Below are positions 24,090-37,480 of a DNA stretch of 64,000 nucleotides, piece by piece. This DNA comes from Callorhinchus milii (lineage: Eukaryota): contig NW_024704742.1 of NCBI RefSeq assembly GCF_018977255.1, positions 27,034,001 to 27,098,000 of the forward strand, given 5' to 3'. The notes under the pieces were generated by a model. It did not search any database. It was given only the letters and a program-made list of their open reading frames with translations, and was not told the DNA's origin. How positions within the stretch are numbered: the first letter of the stretch is position 1; each line of letters begins with the position of its first letter. The position numbers and the translations under genes are program-made.

Positions 24090-26940
24090 GCTAGCTGAGA
24101 GTGACAGCAGCAGCAAGTACAGTCACTGCCTGGTGTCCTAGCCCAGACCTATCTAAACTGTAATGAAATGCCTTGTTGTAATTTCATGTTTTTACACTTG
24201 AGTACTTGGTACCTCGGGGCATTACTCATCGGGAGATGAGTTGGTCAGTAAATAGCTTGTGTTTGAACTTGAAGGCTGCAGTGCTGCAGTTACATTAATC
24301 TGCCCCATGTACAGTTCCAGCACTTCAGGAAAGCCTTTCAAATGATCCAGTTTTATAACAGTAAAACATAAAAACACTATAGAAAAAAGGGTTCGATAAT
24401 GATTACATTCATTTTACATCTCAATAGTTCAGTAATCTGCTGCGTGTTTTCTTTTCCAAAATGGCTTTACAAAGCATGCAATATTGTTTTTAAACAAAAT
24501 CTGCAGATTGTGTGCTACTTCTGACAGAATGGATGTGTAGCAAGATTTGGGCTGGACAATCAAATGCCTCAAATAACAACTGTAGATTCAAAATGTTGCT
24601 CGACTCTTGCAAACCACTCTTTGTGTTTTAAAATGCCAGCGTTCAGTTGTAGTAAACTTTCGGATGTTGCTGTTTCAGCGTTTTTAACNAAAAATACTCA
24701 GCCAGTCGCTAAATACATGAGTGCTTAGTATCAGAAGAGCAATCATTTGGGTGGTGTACAACTAGAGAAAGGTTATTTTGTACAATCGCTGCAGAAAGCA
24801 AGGGCATCCCTTGAGGTCTGTAAATTCTGGAATTTGTACAGTAACCTGACTTGTATGACTGGCTAACAATTACTTGTACAAGAGTAAGGAATAACAGCTG
24901 GAAGCACAAGCGTTTTAGCTGCGTTCTTCCTGCTTTGCTCCTGCAGGAGTGAAAGGTTTGTTAAGTGTTCAAACTGTCCTGTGACACTTAAGAAGAACAT
25001 TCTTAATTTCTTAATTTGACGATTGGTCTGTTTGTAATGTGTTGATCTCCTGTTCATTAACATTTAATATATTTTTTTAAAAAGCCGCATGTTTCAATGA
25101 CATTTTTCAATCCTTATTTTGGATAATCTTGTTTTGCCATCAGAAGAAATAATTGTGCTAAAATACTGAATGAGGGATTTGTAGCACTATGCTTGGCTAT
25201 ACTGGTATCAAAGATGTTCTGAACTCTAGTGTAGAAATTACACCAGATCCTCTAAATGGCTGTTTAGGGAAACTCCACAGAAAGAACATTGCCGAGAGGG
25301 ATTTATTGGCTGGCTTCCCTATTCGCGAGAGAGCTGTAAGCAATAAATCAATTCTATTGAAGGTTGAGATACACTAGTGCTATTGAACCTGGGATACTTT
25401 TCCAAGTACAGTGCCACAGAACTAAACAGCTGACGTCCAATAGTTTGTGCCATTACACTATTTTGTAGCTCTTTTAAGTGACCAGCAAAGGGATAGAACT
25501 AGTCATAAAAGGGTAGTCATTTCAGTAAATGTAATATTTTTCATGTGCTCTTATCATTTGATCTCAGGATCTAAAATGTATTTATGTAACCTGGACATTC
25601 CTGATCATTTTTTGTGTGTTAATTTCTAGGGGGTTTAACTGGTGTTCTATTCTCAGCAAACACTGAAATGAACCAATTTTTGGAGGGAGGCTGGAGGGGG
25701 CACATTAAAAAGAATAGGTTTGACTTCACAATTGTTGAGAAAATACCACATCAAATAAAATCTATTGTGAGCTTATTCAGAACATTTAAAATGTTTGAAT
25801 ACATCAGGTTTCAATGTGTTATGAACTTGTTACAATTGATCTTAAGTTTTCAAAGTTTGCAAAACTCTTACTGTCTAAAGTATCGCACATACTGCACTAG
25901 ATTTATTTCCTGCTCATGTGTTGTCGTTTAGTTGAAATTCATTTTGTTAATGAGTGGCCTTTCCTAATCTTTTGCCAGTGCAATAGTTATGTACTAATTT
26001 CCTATGTGACAAGAATCCCCCAATGAATTCTGGAAGGAAAATGTTTTGCTCCGTGTTTGATATGGAGTATTTATGCATCCCAGATGTTCAGTTTGAAATA
26101 TATGAAGCATCTTAACATTTGCTGTTAACATGTGTTTTATCAATGACACACCATCTCACACACTGTCTGAAGAAAACAGTCACTAATTTTATGCCTTGCT
26201 TAGTTTTTTTTTAATATACATACCTGCACTAAATAATTTTTTGGATAGAAGTAGGCAGTAAGTTAATAACATGAGGATGATGGTCTACATAACGGCAACT
26301 CAGACAGTTCTTTTATACTTAAGGCTTTATAATTTTTTCCATTTGCTTAATGGTCAAATTGATCTTAAATTATGATTTTAGTATATATGTATATATAAAT
26401 ATTGTAGTTTGACATTAGGCTAGTTGAGCTACTGTGTAGTTGCTTCTGGCATGCGTAGTTTTACGAAAAAGTGATGTAATAATAATATTAATAAGCATCG
26501 CCGCATTTGATATCGCGCCTTATCACGTCGTCGAGACATGTTAAAGCACTTCACAGGATATACTGTAAAGTGTACTGACTGTATTTTGTGGGCGAAACTC
26601 GGCAGCCAATTGTGCCCAGCAGTGTCCCTTAAACAGTCAATATTTTTGTGAGGGACAGAAGCTCCCCTCCTCCACTAGCCAGCGGTGACTGAGAATAACA
26701 TCTCTGTGTTTGGCTCTGATACAGATATGTGTGGAGGGGACTCATAAAGGGATAAATTCCACATAGTCTATTTCTTGTTGTTTTGTACATACCTGCTGAA
26801 CAAACTTTGCAGTGTGGTGTTGTACAGAGGAAATAAATCACCATGTGCCTAGCGAAGTTTAACTGTTGTCCATTTAATTCTGACGAGCAACATGATGCAT
26901 GGAAATAAATGCAGAAATAAAGTTTATACAGAGACGACTA
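24090..26940 (+). other. JADE1: Probable JADE1 3' UTR
   Basis: AT-rich, mostly repeat-poor sequence after the stop, ending at clustered AATAAA signals. Confidence 0.6.
26477..26660 (-). mobile_element. SINE 3' fragment inside the JADE1 3' UTR
   Basis: Reverse complement of the common SINE tail and Deu-like segment. Confidence 0.78.
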
Positions 26941-26980
26941 TTTTAAATTACCTGGTTCTTTGTTGTATTTATTTTTGTTG
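26832..26980 (+). terminator. Polyadenylation signal cluster for JADE1
   Basis: AATAAA at 26832, 26904 and 26916, upstream TGTA motifs, downstream GT/T-rich tract (ctggttctttgttgtatttatttttgttgg). Confidence 0.6.
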
Positions 26981-29560
26981 GTAAAAAAAATATTTATAAA
27001 AATGTAGTTTGGAAAGGAAGATACCTGTTCTGTGAATGTTGGAACATGTAGATGAATTGTGCCTTTTATAAGTGTAAGATATTGTAGAATTTGCAATAGT
27101 GGTCTGATAAGCTATCAGCAACCTGTATCAGTTTCTCTGAATTAGATCTTATATAGAACCAACGGAGACACTGGCCTTTTTTGTGGGCCTGTATAGGCCG
27201 GAATAATTTTTTTTTACAAGAAAGAACAAGGATCTACAGCACTGTCTTCCTTTATGAATCTGGGAATTTTCACAAGATTTGAGGTTTTAAACTTTAATTA
27301 AAGGTTAATCGAGATGGCAATAAGATCACGGTTTCTTACTTTTTTTTACACAAGCCAGTGTTACACAACACGTGATGTTGAGTACAAGCAATTACTTGCG
27401 GTTTTCAGATGGTTTCTCCTAATCCAGCCTATGCAAGGTGATAAAAATGGATTTTGTCTCTCACCCAAATCGCATAATCCAAATGATTTTTTTTTGTTCT
27501 ATGACTTGCCTCCACTTCCACATTCACATCTGTCCACTGGTTGCAGCTCTCGCATCAAGTGTCTGCTGTCTCGGAATCCTATTATGCTGGTTTCCATTTC
27601 TTATTCATTGAAGCCTTTTCATCAGAGGCCTTCGGGGCACTTAAAATCACCACACTTTACCCGAATGTATGTACCATTCTTCACCATACATGTAAATGCT
27701 TGTTTTCCCAGTAAAACTGAACTGTTATGAAAAATCTTTGGATCTGAGTGATTTATGCTGTTGTTATGATTCTCCCTCATTCATCTTCGTGGAATTTTGA
27801 TCAGTTAATGATGCACAAGTATTGTGTTAGGCTGTTAAATTGGTAAGATGTGAAGGTATTTTTGATTTAAAAAGAAAGTGATCTGATTTTGGGTCACACA
27901 TGGGGTGATTGTAAAGCTTCTATAGAAGCATAGAAATTTATAGCATAGAAGGCCATCGTTTCTGTGCCTTTTTTTTTAAACAATAATCCAGTCAGTCCCA
28001 TGAATCTGCCTTTTGCCCATACTCTTGCAGTTTACACTTATTTAAATATCTATCTCATTTCCTTTTTAAAGCTAGTATGGATTTTGGCTGCTCTAATTTA
28101 GATCCTAATTCATTTTAAGCTCAATGGCATGTAATTTTTTTTAGTCTGCTGATGAAGACCGACAAATGTGGAAACCCATCTCCATGTTTAACCAAACTTC
28201 TGAGAGCTGCACATGTGTATGGTTTACATTTGTCTGGTATGGTGTACCCACTCTCTCCCCGGTGAGAAATTCCACGAACAATCCTGGAGAGTTCAGGGGG
28301 ACAGTTTAGCAAAAGCCAACGCTTGGGACCCAAAAGCTCTGAGATACCACAATAGCGTTTTGAGTTACTACTGGGATGTAACCAGCTACAACTGCACACT
28401 TGGTTGTGAAACGGGCAATCTTACCACTACACGGTTCACCTCGGACCACCCTGGTTTTTAAGTCTTTGCAGGGTTAAGATACTGAGTGGGATAATTCCAA
28501 CCCCCAAGCATGTCACCTTGGTGCATATAATAATAATAATCCTTGCATATTGAAGAAAGAATGATAGTGAAATTATGTTGTGAAGAAGCTCTACGTGTTT
28601 TCCCACAATTGTTCATTCTATACTAATTTATTGCCATGCCATTAAAGGTGGTATGGGCGGAAAGTTGCATGTGGATGGTATCAAAAGCAGTTTGCTAATT
28701 CCATAATGGGTTTATTATATATACATCATTAACACAGAATTATGCAACTCTTACATTTGTGGGCAAAAAAAAATCGATTTTGGTAAGTATATATTTAACT
28801 TATTACACTTAATGATTGGAGAATGGAAAACTCAAACTAAATATTCAAAATATAAGCCAGCAGTTTAACAGTTGACCTAAATTGGGGAAATTGTTCAAGT
28901 GTTTGATGAGATGCTTTGAATATTCATCAAAACAGCACAGAAGCAGCAAGGTTTGCAATGGATTTAGAAGAAAAAGCCAGCTTACAGCTCTGCAGGATTT
29001 CTTTGAAGAGGTAATTAATTTGGGGGCGTAAGCTTTCCAGTGCATATAATTGCTTGAATTATCAGAGGCCTTTTGATAAAGTACCAAGTTTGAGGCCTTT
29101 AAAGAAGATAAATGAAGTTAATGGCTCTCTCAGAAAGCAGGACATTGCTCTAAGTAGGAAAAGCAGTCAATGTGGTAGTGACTAATGGAACTAGTTATTG
29201 GTATTGTGACTTCTCCAGGGGAAGGGGAGATAACCAGATTCTCCATACTCGCTCATGCAGCTTCAGTCGTCTATTTGTTTTCCTTTTCTGATGTTTTATC
29301 ACACATTCAAGAGGGAATTGGGGGTTTATTTTCATGGGTCCACAAAATGCCACTTTCTCCTCTTTAGAAGATGCATCTGTGTTCAGTTTTACTTTCCATA
29401 TCTTACACTGGGAAGAAAATGCACCGAGTTTGGAACTGAGGCTCCAAAGCCGCATTCAATCTCTTCAAAGTACCACTGAGAAGACATTGTTGAAGCAATC
29501 TGACTGAAGAGATTGCAACACTTCCTTTGTTGAGATATTACAAATATTGAGATATTTGTT

Positions 29561-29890
29561 GTGGAGTCCTGTAGCTCAGTGGTTAGAGCACTCGCTTTGC
29601 AAGCGAGAGACCGGAGTTCAATTCCAGGCAGAGGGCGAAACCTTGGGCAAGTTTCCTTACTCCACACAGAGCCTAATAATAATCCCTCCAAAACCAAAAA
29701 CAATAATAAATTGGTCATTTTCAATCTACGACTGTTTGTGGGACATTGCTGTGCGCAATTGGCTGCCGCGTTTTGCCCACAAATATACAGTCAATTCACT
29801 TTACAGTGTGTTCTGTGAAGCGCTTTGGGACGTCCTCCCGACGTGAAAAGCGCTATATCAAATGCAAGGATTATTATTATTATTATTATT
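29561..29890 (+). mobile_element. Young full-length tRNA-derived SINE (intergenic)
   Basis: Nearly identical to 20148-20474 and 37206-37480. Confidence 0.92.
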
Positions 29891-30270
29891 ACCTGGTGGG
29901 ATGCGAAAAAGACCTCACCCTCTCATCAGCTGCCTGGGATACTGCACGTGATCAGTTATTGTGGAGGTAGTGACAACCAAATGCCCGTCACGTGCAGCAG
30001 TAGTCTGTTAATAGCAATTCAAGAGGAAATATGGGATAATACAATCTAAATTAGGCAATTATCTATAAATATGGTTTATTTAATCAGTATAACGCCTTTG
30101 GTCAGAGGTTTTTAATTAAAAATATTGTGATACGTTTGTTTAGAGAACTTGTTGCCGTTTCAATTGTACTCATAAACATGGTAGGACTACAACTGTAAAG
30201 ACATAAAAGCACAATATGGTAAAGAAAAATCTTTGGAATTTGGATTTATTTTATATGAGAAAAATGAATG

Positions 30271-30631
30271 CAGTAAAACTTGCACAAGTCTTATATCTTT
30301 ATAAATGCCTAAGTCGTACATGTACCCGCGTCCCATTCAGTTTCCTATCAAAACCATTTCGATTTCCTTACTGAGGAAAATAATGTCGCTGCATGCTCAC
30401 GTACCGGCCGGCTTCATCAAATTGTGGGAAATGTAGCCTTAGTCCATTGACGCATGCTGTGATGCCAAATGACTGCATGTGCACTGACCAGCTGTACTAA
30501 ATTATGCGTGAGCAGTGTAGATTATTGAGTAAATTGGATTTTATTGACTTCTACAGTTTGCGACTTGGACTTTGCGTAAGTCATATTAAATGTGATGGTC
30601 CCGACTGATACGACTTATGTAAGTTTTACTG
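30271..30631. mobile_element. Longer member of the same MITE family
   Basis: CAGTAAAACTTGCACAAGTC ... GACTTATGTAAGTTTTACTG. Confidence 0.75.
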
Positions 30632-31257
30632 GGAGACCTCGCCCCAACCAAACATCACACTCAGAACACACTCAAATGTATAGTGACGGAGAATATCTGG
30701 GGCCAGGTTTCAATGTTTTGCAATAAATGTTTATGACAGCAGGAAGCAACATTAGGGAAGGTTTTGACAGTTTCTTACATTTCATGATCCTAATTCAAAC
30801 TGTTTCCTCCATTTATTTTGAAGGGAACATCTCTAGAGTATTCTGATCGCCAAGTGTTTCAAGTCTCTGAGGCGACAACCTTTTGCAGGATCACCTGTCA
30901 AGCCTGAATTGGTTTCAAGTAACCAAGGTGACAATTTAGCAAAGAGACAAGTTGACGGCAAAACACAGACAGCACAACAACGGGCTCATGATAACATTTT
31001 GCTGAAATTGAAATAAGTTCTGAAGTTAAATGAAAAATCTGAATTTTAAAAGTGAAAAAAATTTAAATTACAATTAATTTACAATTGGTAGACAAATTGT
31101 ACGCAAAGTAACAATGTAGAATCTCCCACAGGTAAGCAAAACATGTTCACTTGGCACCTTGTGGTTTGATACAGTGTACTTTCCTGGAGGATCACATTTC
31201 ACAAGTTTGTGGTCTAATTGCATTGTGAGGCAAGATACCAAGGATAGAATAGTGGTT

Positions 31258-31332
31258 TCACGTACACATTGCTCTTTGACAAACATCCGCCTGTGAAGTG
31301 TCCTTTCTTCTCTGTGTTGTAATTCTACTGAG
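31258..31332 (-). CDS. SCLT1: SCLT1 last coding exon
   Basis: ttacag|CTC, 75 bp ending in TGA; LSRITTQRRKDTSQADVCQRAMCT*, starting like the human SCLT1 terminus (LSVITVQRRK...). Confidence 0.87.
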   Translation of the reverse strand, partial: LSRITTQRRKDTSQADVCQRAMCT

Positions 31333-31649
31333 CTGTAAAATAAATTAAAATTTTCTAATTACAATTTGGCGAAAGTCATTTTTGTTGGCTTGCGTTCTCT
31401 CCAATGTAATAATATGTTAGTATAGACGTTTGAAGCACAGCGAATGGGGATTTTTCCTGTAACCAAAGTATGACGCAGTTGTGGGAACTCTGCTCTGAAA
31501 GCATTCTCCTCTCATAATTTATTAATTATGGAATCCCCTTTTGAAATCTCAGCGTTTCAGACCTTTCAACCTTCCAGGTACCAGGATATTGAGGACCTAA
31601 CTGCAAAGCAAACCAACCTGTGAGTATAATTGAATTTAAGTTTATATTG

Positions 31650-32170
31650 AGAACATAAGAATCTAAGAAATAGGAGCAGGAACAGGCCATTCGGCCCCTC
31701 GAGCCTGCCCCGCCATTTAATAAGATTCACCCTCTGAATGAAGAAATGTTTTCTCAACTCAGTTCTAAAAGGCTGACCTTTAATCCTGAGACTATGACCC
31801 CTAATTTTAGATTCTCCAACCAGGGGAAACAGTCTCACACTATCTACCCTGTCAAGACCCTTAAGAATCTTATAGGTTTCTATAAGATCACCTCTAATTC
31901 TTCTATATTCTAGAGAATATAGGCCTAGTCTTCTCAATCTCTCCTCGGAGAGGAGGTCAACCCCCTCATCCCAGGAACCAACCTAGTGAACCTACGTTGC
32001 ACCCCCGCTAAGGCGAGTATATCCATTCTTAGATAAGGAGACCAAAACTGCACACAATATTCCAGGTGCGGTCTCACTAAGGCCCTATACAATTGCAGTA
32101 AGACTTTCCTACGCTTGTACTCTAACCCCTTTGCAATAAATGCTAACATGCTATTAGCCTTCCTAATTGC
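31650..32170 (-). mobile_element. CR1 LINE 3' fragment in the last SCLT1 intron
   Basis: LYRALVRPHLEYCVQFWSPY and LGLYSLEYRRIRGDLIETYKIL in two frames; CR1-type tail. Confidence 0.92.
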
Positions 32171-32866
32171 TTGGACCTTCTAACTTGAAGAAATTGTGTT
32201 AATGGAATAATGTAATCTCACAAGTTATTCCAGAGTTCCAAACCATAAAATAAATCCCTAATGAGTAAACTGTTTATACACAAATGAAGTCTCTGCTGGG
32301 ATTTCTAATATATTCCCAGCGAAGTAAAATTAAAAACTGATCACATGTTACTATATCCTTTCATGTCAACCACTCGCAGAGGTAAGTGTAATCATTGCAT
32401 ATAATAAAATTTTACGTAATGAACATCTCACCTCATTAAAGTGTACTTGCTCTAGAGCAGCGTGAAATAATTGAGTGATGCAATGAAACCTGAGAGATTG
32501 GAATGAAAAAGGCCCTTTCGATCCATTTGATCTCACTCTCCCAGAACACCCACCACCCATCCTCCCATTCCAGTGTGAAGCTGTTCTTTTTAAAAAAGAA
32601 CTTAAGTGTCCTGACCTCAGCTGTCAAATGACTCTCGGTGTAAATAGTCCACCAGTTACACAAAATCTATTTGAATTATGAAACATCAAGAGACAGCTAC
32701 AAAGCTTTTATGATCGACAAATCACTTGCAGGTATCCTTTTTTTAAAAGACAATATGAATTGTGGAGTTAATTGAAGCGCTATGTATCACTATTCAAAAT
32801 TTTACCAAAACGCTGTTGAATATGCTTTAAAAGTCACAACACTATGCAATTCGACCAGACATTTAC

Positions 32867-32962
32867 CTTCTGAGAGGCTGTGGCTGCTCTGTGTTCCGAA
32901 TTAGTCAGGCGTCTTTGAAGTCTGTTCGTCTTTTCTTGATTTTCCATCAGCCGTTTTTCATA
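32867..32962 (-). CDS. SCLT1: SCLT1 penultimate coding exon
   Basis: gcgtag|TAT ... AAG|gtaaat, 96 bp; YEKRLMENQEKTNRLQRRLTNSEHRAATASQK. Confidence 0.94.
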
Positions 32963-34705
32963 CTACGCAAAATAAAAATGGAAATGTCAGAGCAGATTCT
33001 AGCAAACGAAAAAAAATCAGCTCGAAGCGTATCAAGGGCTCTCTGGACCCTTAGGATTTTACATGTTCTTGCACTAAGATAAAAGTCCTCTCTGTCAAAA
33101 AAAATGGTGACAGGAGAACACGTGTATTGAAAAAGTTTGCAAAATTGGAGGTGCTTAAATCCGTCAACTGTTTCTGTCTGCACTTTGCACAGCAATTTTA
33201 ATGTTTTGGAATTATAAAAGATTATATGAACTGATGCAAGTCTATAAACTGTATCCAGAACATAATAGGCAGACCAGACATTGGTTTAATGCATGAAATG
33301 TTAAATTGTGGTCCTGCCTCCTGTTCAGGTGGACATTAAAGATCTCGTGCAATATTCAAAAAGGGGAGGAAGTTTGTCCCAAGTGTCTTGGCTAAGAATC
33401 TCTAAATAAAATTGATCACTCACTCCATGGTTGTTAGTGGGACAAACTGACTCCCATGACATACACAGTCACTCTACTTTGCAGTAACTCCTGAAAAATG
33501 CTGTGTGATGACTTCCCTTAGTGAAAGGTGTAAGGATTATTCTCTAATTTACAAATACAATGCACTTGTGAGTTGGTGCAAGAAGTGTCAGCAGTGACTT
33601 GACAACCCAGAAATCAACCATTTTTTTTTAGCTCTAGCATCTGTGTGCATCTCCCTTCCAGTTAGCACAGGTCTACAGTGGAGCTCTAAGAGCAGCACAG
33701 CATGTTGTGGAGGGGATATAATGGGGTTTACTGAAGAACTTTGGAAATTGCAGCTGTGAAGTGAAACTAATGTAGGTAGCTGGAAATCTGCACAATTGGG
33801 ATCAGCCCCATTGTGGATAAGGAAACAGTGTGAATAATTGATTGTCACACAAAATAGACATAGAATCATAGAATTGTACAGTACAGAAGGAGGCCATTCG
33901 GCCCATCGTGTCTATGCTGGCTCTTTGAAAAGAGCTATCCAATTCAATCCCACTCCCCCGCTCTGTCCCCGTAGCCTTGCAAACTTGTCCTCCCCAAGTA
34001 ATTATCTAGGCTACAGATAATTACATTGGCTACAGTACTAAAAACTTCTTCCATCAGGAATTACACTATCACAATGCATGATCACACTGTAACAGCCTCT
34101 CTATCAATGCCTTTATCTATTGTCTATCTTTTTCACTCTAGCTGATTCTGTCTTTCTAGCTGTGTTGATCTTTTCCTTCTCTGTGTTTCTCACTCCCTCT
34201 GACTTTCCTTTACACTTTACTTTACTAAAATAGATATCTAAATAAACACTAATAAGCCTTGCATTGATCTGGTTTCTAAATACTTTTCTATCTTCATTTT
34301 TTTCCTTCATTCAACATGAGTTGCCAAACATAGTGTATAAATATCTTTTTCCAAAAAAACAAAACTTTAAATAGAGAAGCAGCTAATGCTCCTAAGATCC
34401 CCCTATTCACTCAACCGCAGTAAAAGTAGATCATTGAAATCATTCAAAGGGCAGTCGGAATGATTTGAAAAACACCACGAATACTGAAAAAAAACACAAT
34501 CCTTTTATTTTAAAGGTTAGATTACCTTCTGTACATTGCACAGCTAAATTATGAATCCTGTAACCACATGCATATAACCAGACGTATTTTTTTTGCTAGG
34601 GTGGAGTCCCGAATTCATTGATTGGACACAAATGTATGTGGCATGCTACCTTATTTCAATCTGCTATAGATCTAAATTAAAAATGAACTTGAGCAATTAT
34701 CTTAC

Positions 34706-34784
34706 CTCTATTATTTGCTCATGCGCATTCTCCAGTTGGGAAACCATCTCCTGTAAGTGATGCTTCTGTCGATTCATCTCAGTT
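34706..34784 (-). CDS. SCLT1: SCLT1 coding exon
   Basis: tgacag|A ... GAG|gtaaga, 79 bp; TEMNRQKHHLQEMVSQLENAHEQIIE. Confidence 0.92.
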
Positions 34785-35784
34785 CTGTCAGCAAACAGAG
34801 GAATGATGGAAAAAATGCTTCATTTGGGAAGTTAGGAAGTATGATTCTTTTCAGCACGATTAAATGTTCATTTGGATGCAATTATAATGTACCTTGTTTA
34901 CCTATTCTTCCATAAAGTAAAGCCCAACAATAACCTTTTGTGCAACATGCATTCAATTCTAATTTGTTCTATAAATTTAAGGAATGTTTTATATAGTTGA
35001 GATTTANTTTTTTGAGTGGCTCAGAATCTTCTGACTGATGGACTATATCTCAATCTTGAATGTCGCTGAAATCTGCATTAAGAGCGAATTTAGTCAAGTT
35101 TCTAATCACTTGCTAATTAAATGGCGAGTTCTTATATGTTAAGGGCAAGTGAGTGCTACAGAACAATAGACAAGTTATATTCCACTCAGCAAGAACTATT
35201 TTTGTAGCACTGAATACTATGATATAAATAACATGTAAATTATAAACTGCATATAAAATGAAATTTAAATGTTTGATGCAAATTAGACTATTGCCTCCAA
35301 CAGAAATGCAAACTAGCAATTCTGTATCCAGTTTTCCCTACATTTAATTACATTGTGGTTGGGTGACATTTTGACTTCTTTTGCATGCATTATTAATATA
35401 ATTTGAATTTCATTTATTTGAATTTGATATAATTATAATTTGAAGAGCACTAATCAAATGTGATATCATTATGATTTGATATAATATAATTAGAATTACA
35501 TTACATTTACTTTTAAAACCTTTGTTTCCAGATCACAGGAATAAAGCTTTCTCAAGTCAGTGCCATGATGAGGTGATTAGACCTTATATCAAATGCAAGT
35601 ATTTTTATTATTATTTCACTGTGATTTGAAGTTCATGATTATGCACATGGACAGGGTTAGCAGACCACAGCTCTGCATCCCAATCCACCTGCAGCTTGAG
35701 CCTTTCAGACAATACTTGTAATGTAGTCAAATATTTATAGCCATTATTCCAGCTGAGTTGCAGTCAGAGAAGGCACTAGATGTA

Positions 35785-35957
35785 CAGTAAAACTCGCATA
35801 AGTCTGATCTGCATAAATCGTATAATCGCCTAAGTCATACATCTGCCCAAGTCTTGTCAAGACTTTATATTCTATGCAAATTTGACATTATTCATACTTT
35901 GCATAAGTCATATTAAATGTATTGTCTCAACTGATACAACTTGTGTGAGGTTTACTG
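35785..35957. mobile_element. Tc1/mariner (Tigger-like) MITE
   Basis: TA|CAGTAAAACTCGCATAAGT ... ACTTGTGTGAGGTTTACTG|TA: terminal inverted repeats with TA target duplication. Confidence 0.82.
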
Positions 35958-36140
35958 TATACATTAGTAGAGTTTAACAGTTAAATATTTGAAAACATGC
36001 AGATCAAATCTATTTAAATGCACGCTTTTGAAAGTCAACAAAATAGTTTGCATTATTTTGAATAATGATCCCAATCCCCATTGATGTAAATTGAATTGTC
36101 TTTTAAAATTGATGTCAACTTTAAGACTCGAGGCACTTAC

Positions 36141-36337
36141 TTCATATTGTTTATTTTTGCCTCAAAGGCGTTGGTTAGTTTCCTGGCCTCATCTCTCCAC
36201 CGACTGGCTGCTTTCTGCTGCGCTATTAACAAACGTTTGAGCTCATTGCTTGAATTCCGACTGGTTTCCTCCAGTTCGCTCAACTGAGTTTGAAATCCAT
36301 GTCCCTTCAGAGAACACTCATGTTCCATAGTTGCTAT
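36141..36337 (-). CDS. SCLT1: SCLT1 coding exon
   Basis: catcag|ATA ... AA|gtaagt, 197 bp; IATMEHECSLKGHGFQTQLSELEETSRNSSNELKRLLIAQQKAASRWRDEARKLTNAFEAKINNM. Confidence 0.95.
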
Positions 36338-37205
36338 CTGATGGAACAAAACACAGGTACAAACAATAAGCCTTGCATTGATTTGGTTCCAAATACTTTC
36401 AAATATTAAATTTTTTCCTACATTTCACATGATGTAACAATGCATTATATTGCACATAGTGCAATTAAAAAAAAATTCTCAAAAGACAAAACTTTCAATA
36501 GATACACAACTACGTTCATAAAATCATCCTATTCACCCAACTGCTGCAAATGCAGATTGTTGAAATCATTCAAAAGGCAGTCGGATTGATTTGAGAAACA
36601 CCACGAGTACGGAAAAAGAAACCATAGCAATTGCAAGTTTAGCATTGCAAGTTTATTTTAGAGTTTAGATTATCTGCTATAAACATGATTTGTCTCGTTT
36701 TATGAATGCTGTTCATCCTCTCCACACAAACGAATAGGACGTTATCCAAATTAGGAAAACCTACTTAAGGTCGTGCAAGAAACATATTGGTCACATAAGT
36801 CTTCCCCTCCCAGTTCTTTAGAGGACTTCATTCTAGAAGTTTATTTATCTTGAAAGTCAGCAACAACAGGAAGACTGAGATAACAGAAAGGAATTTGGAG
36901 CTTCAAGTCTATTAGCTCAAAGAGGAACCAAGGACAAATTGAGAGGGAGCTTTACATACAGCATTTAAATCCATCCAAAGACTGTCAAAGCCCATGCATA
37001 CAGGATATAATTAGATGTTAAATTATTTTTCTCATCTCAACATACAGAAAAATATAACTAAATAGCCCCAACCAGCATTGATGTCTCTATAGCTATTGAA
37101 TCAGGTTTGAGGGCTAAATGCTGCCTTTGAGTTGCTAGAACAAGTGAATACTTGTGCATAAATCGTGTAAATTATTCTTTCTAGCTTGTTTGCAGATAGC
37201 ATTGA

Positions 37206-37480
37206 GAACCTGAGTTCAATTCCAGGCAGAGGGCGAAACCTTGGGCAAGTTTCCTTACTCCACACAGAGCCTAATAATAATCCCTCCAAAACCAAAAACA
37301 ATAATAAATTGGTCATTTTCAATCTACGACTGTTTGTGGGACATTGCTGTGCGCAATTGGCTGCCGCGTTCGCCCACAAATATACAGTCAATTCACTTTA
37401 CAGTGTGTTCTGTGAAGCGCTTTGGGACGTCCTCCCGACGTGAAAAGCGCTATATCAAATGCAAGGATTATTATTATTAT
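37206..37480 (+). mobile_element. Young SINE, 5'-truncated within the tRNA head
   Basis: Matches the 29561 copy from the B box to the (TTA)n tail. Confidence 0.9.

Noticed and set aside
29389..30049. Recurrent ORFs such as ...[17 protein letters not shown]... seen several times in the ORF track
   Set aside because: Translations of the multi-copy SINE, not a gene family.
36596..36620. aaacaccacgag resembling part of U3 snoRNA
   Set aside because: Only a short match; U3 boxes and flanking structure are absent.
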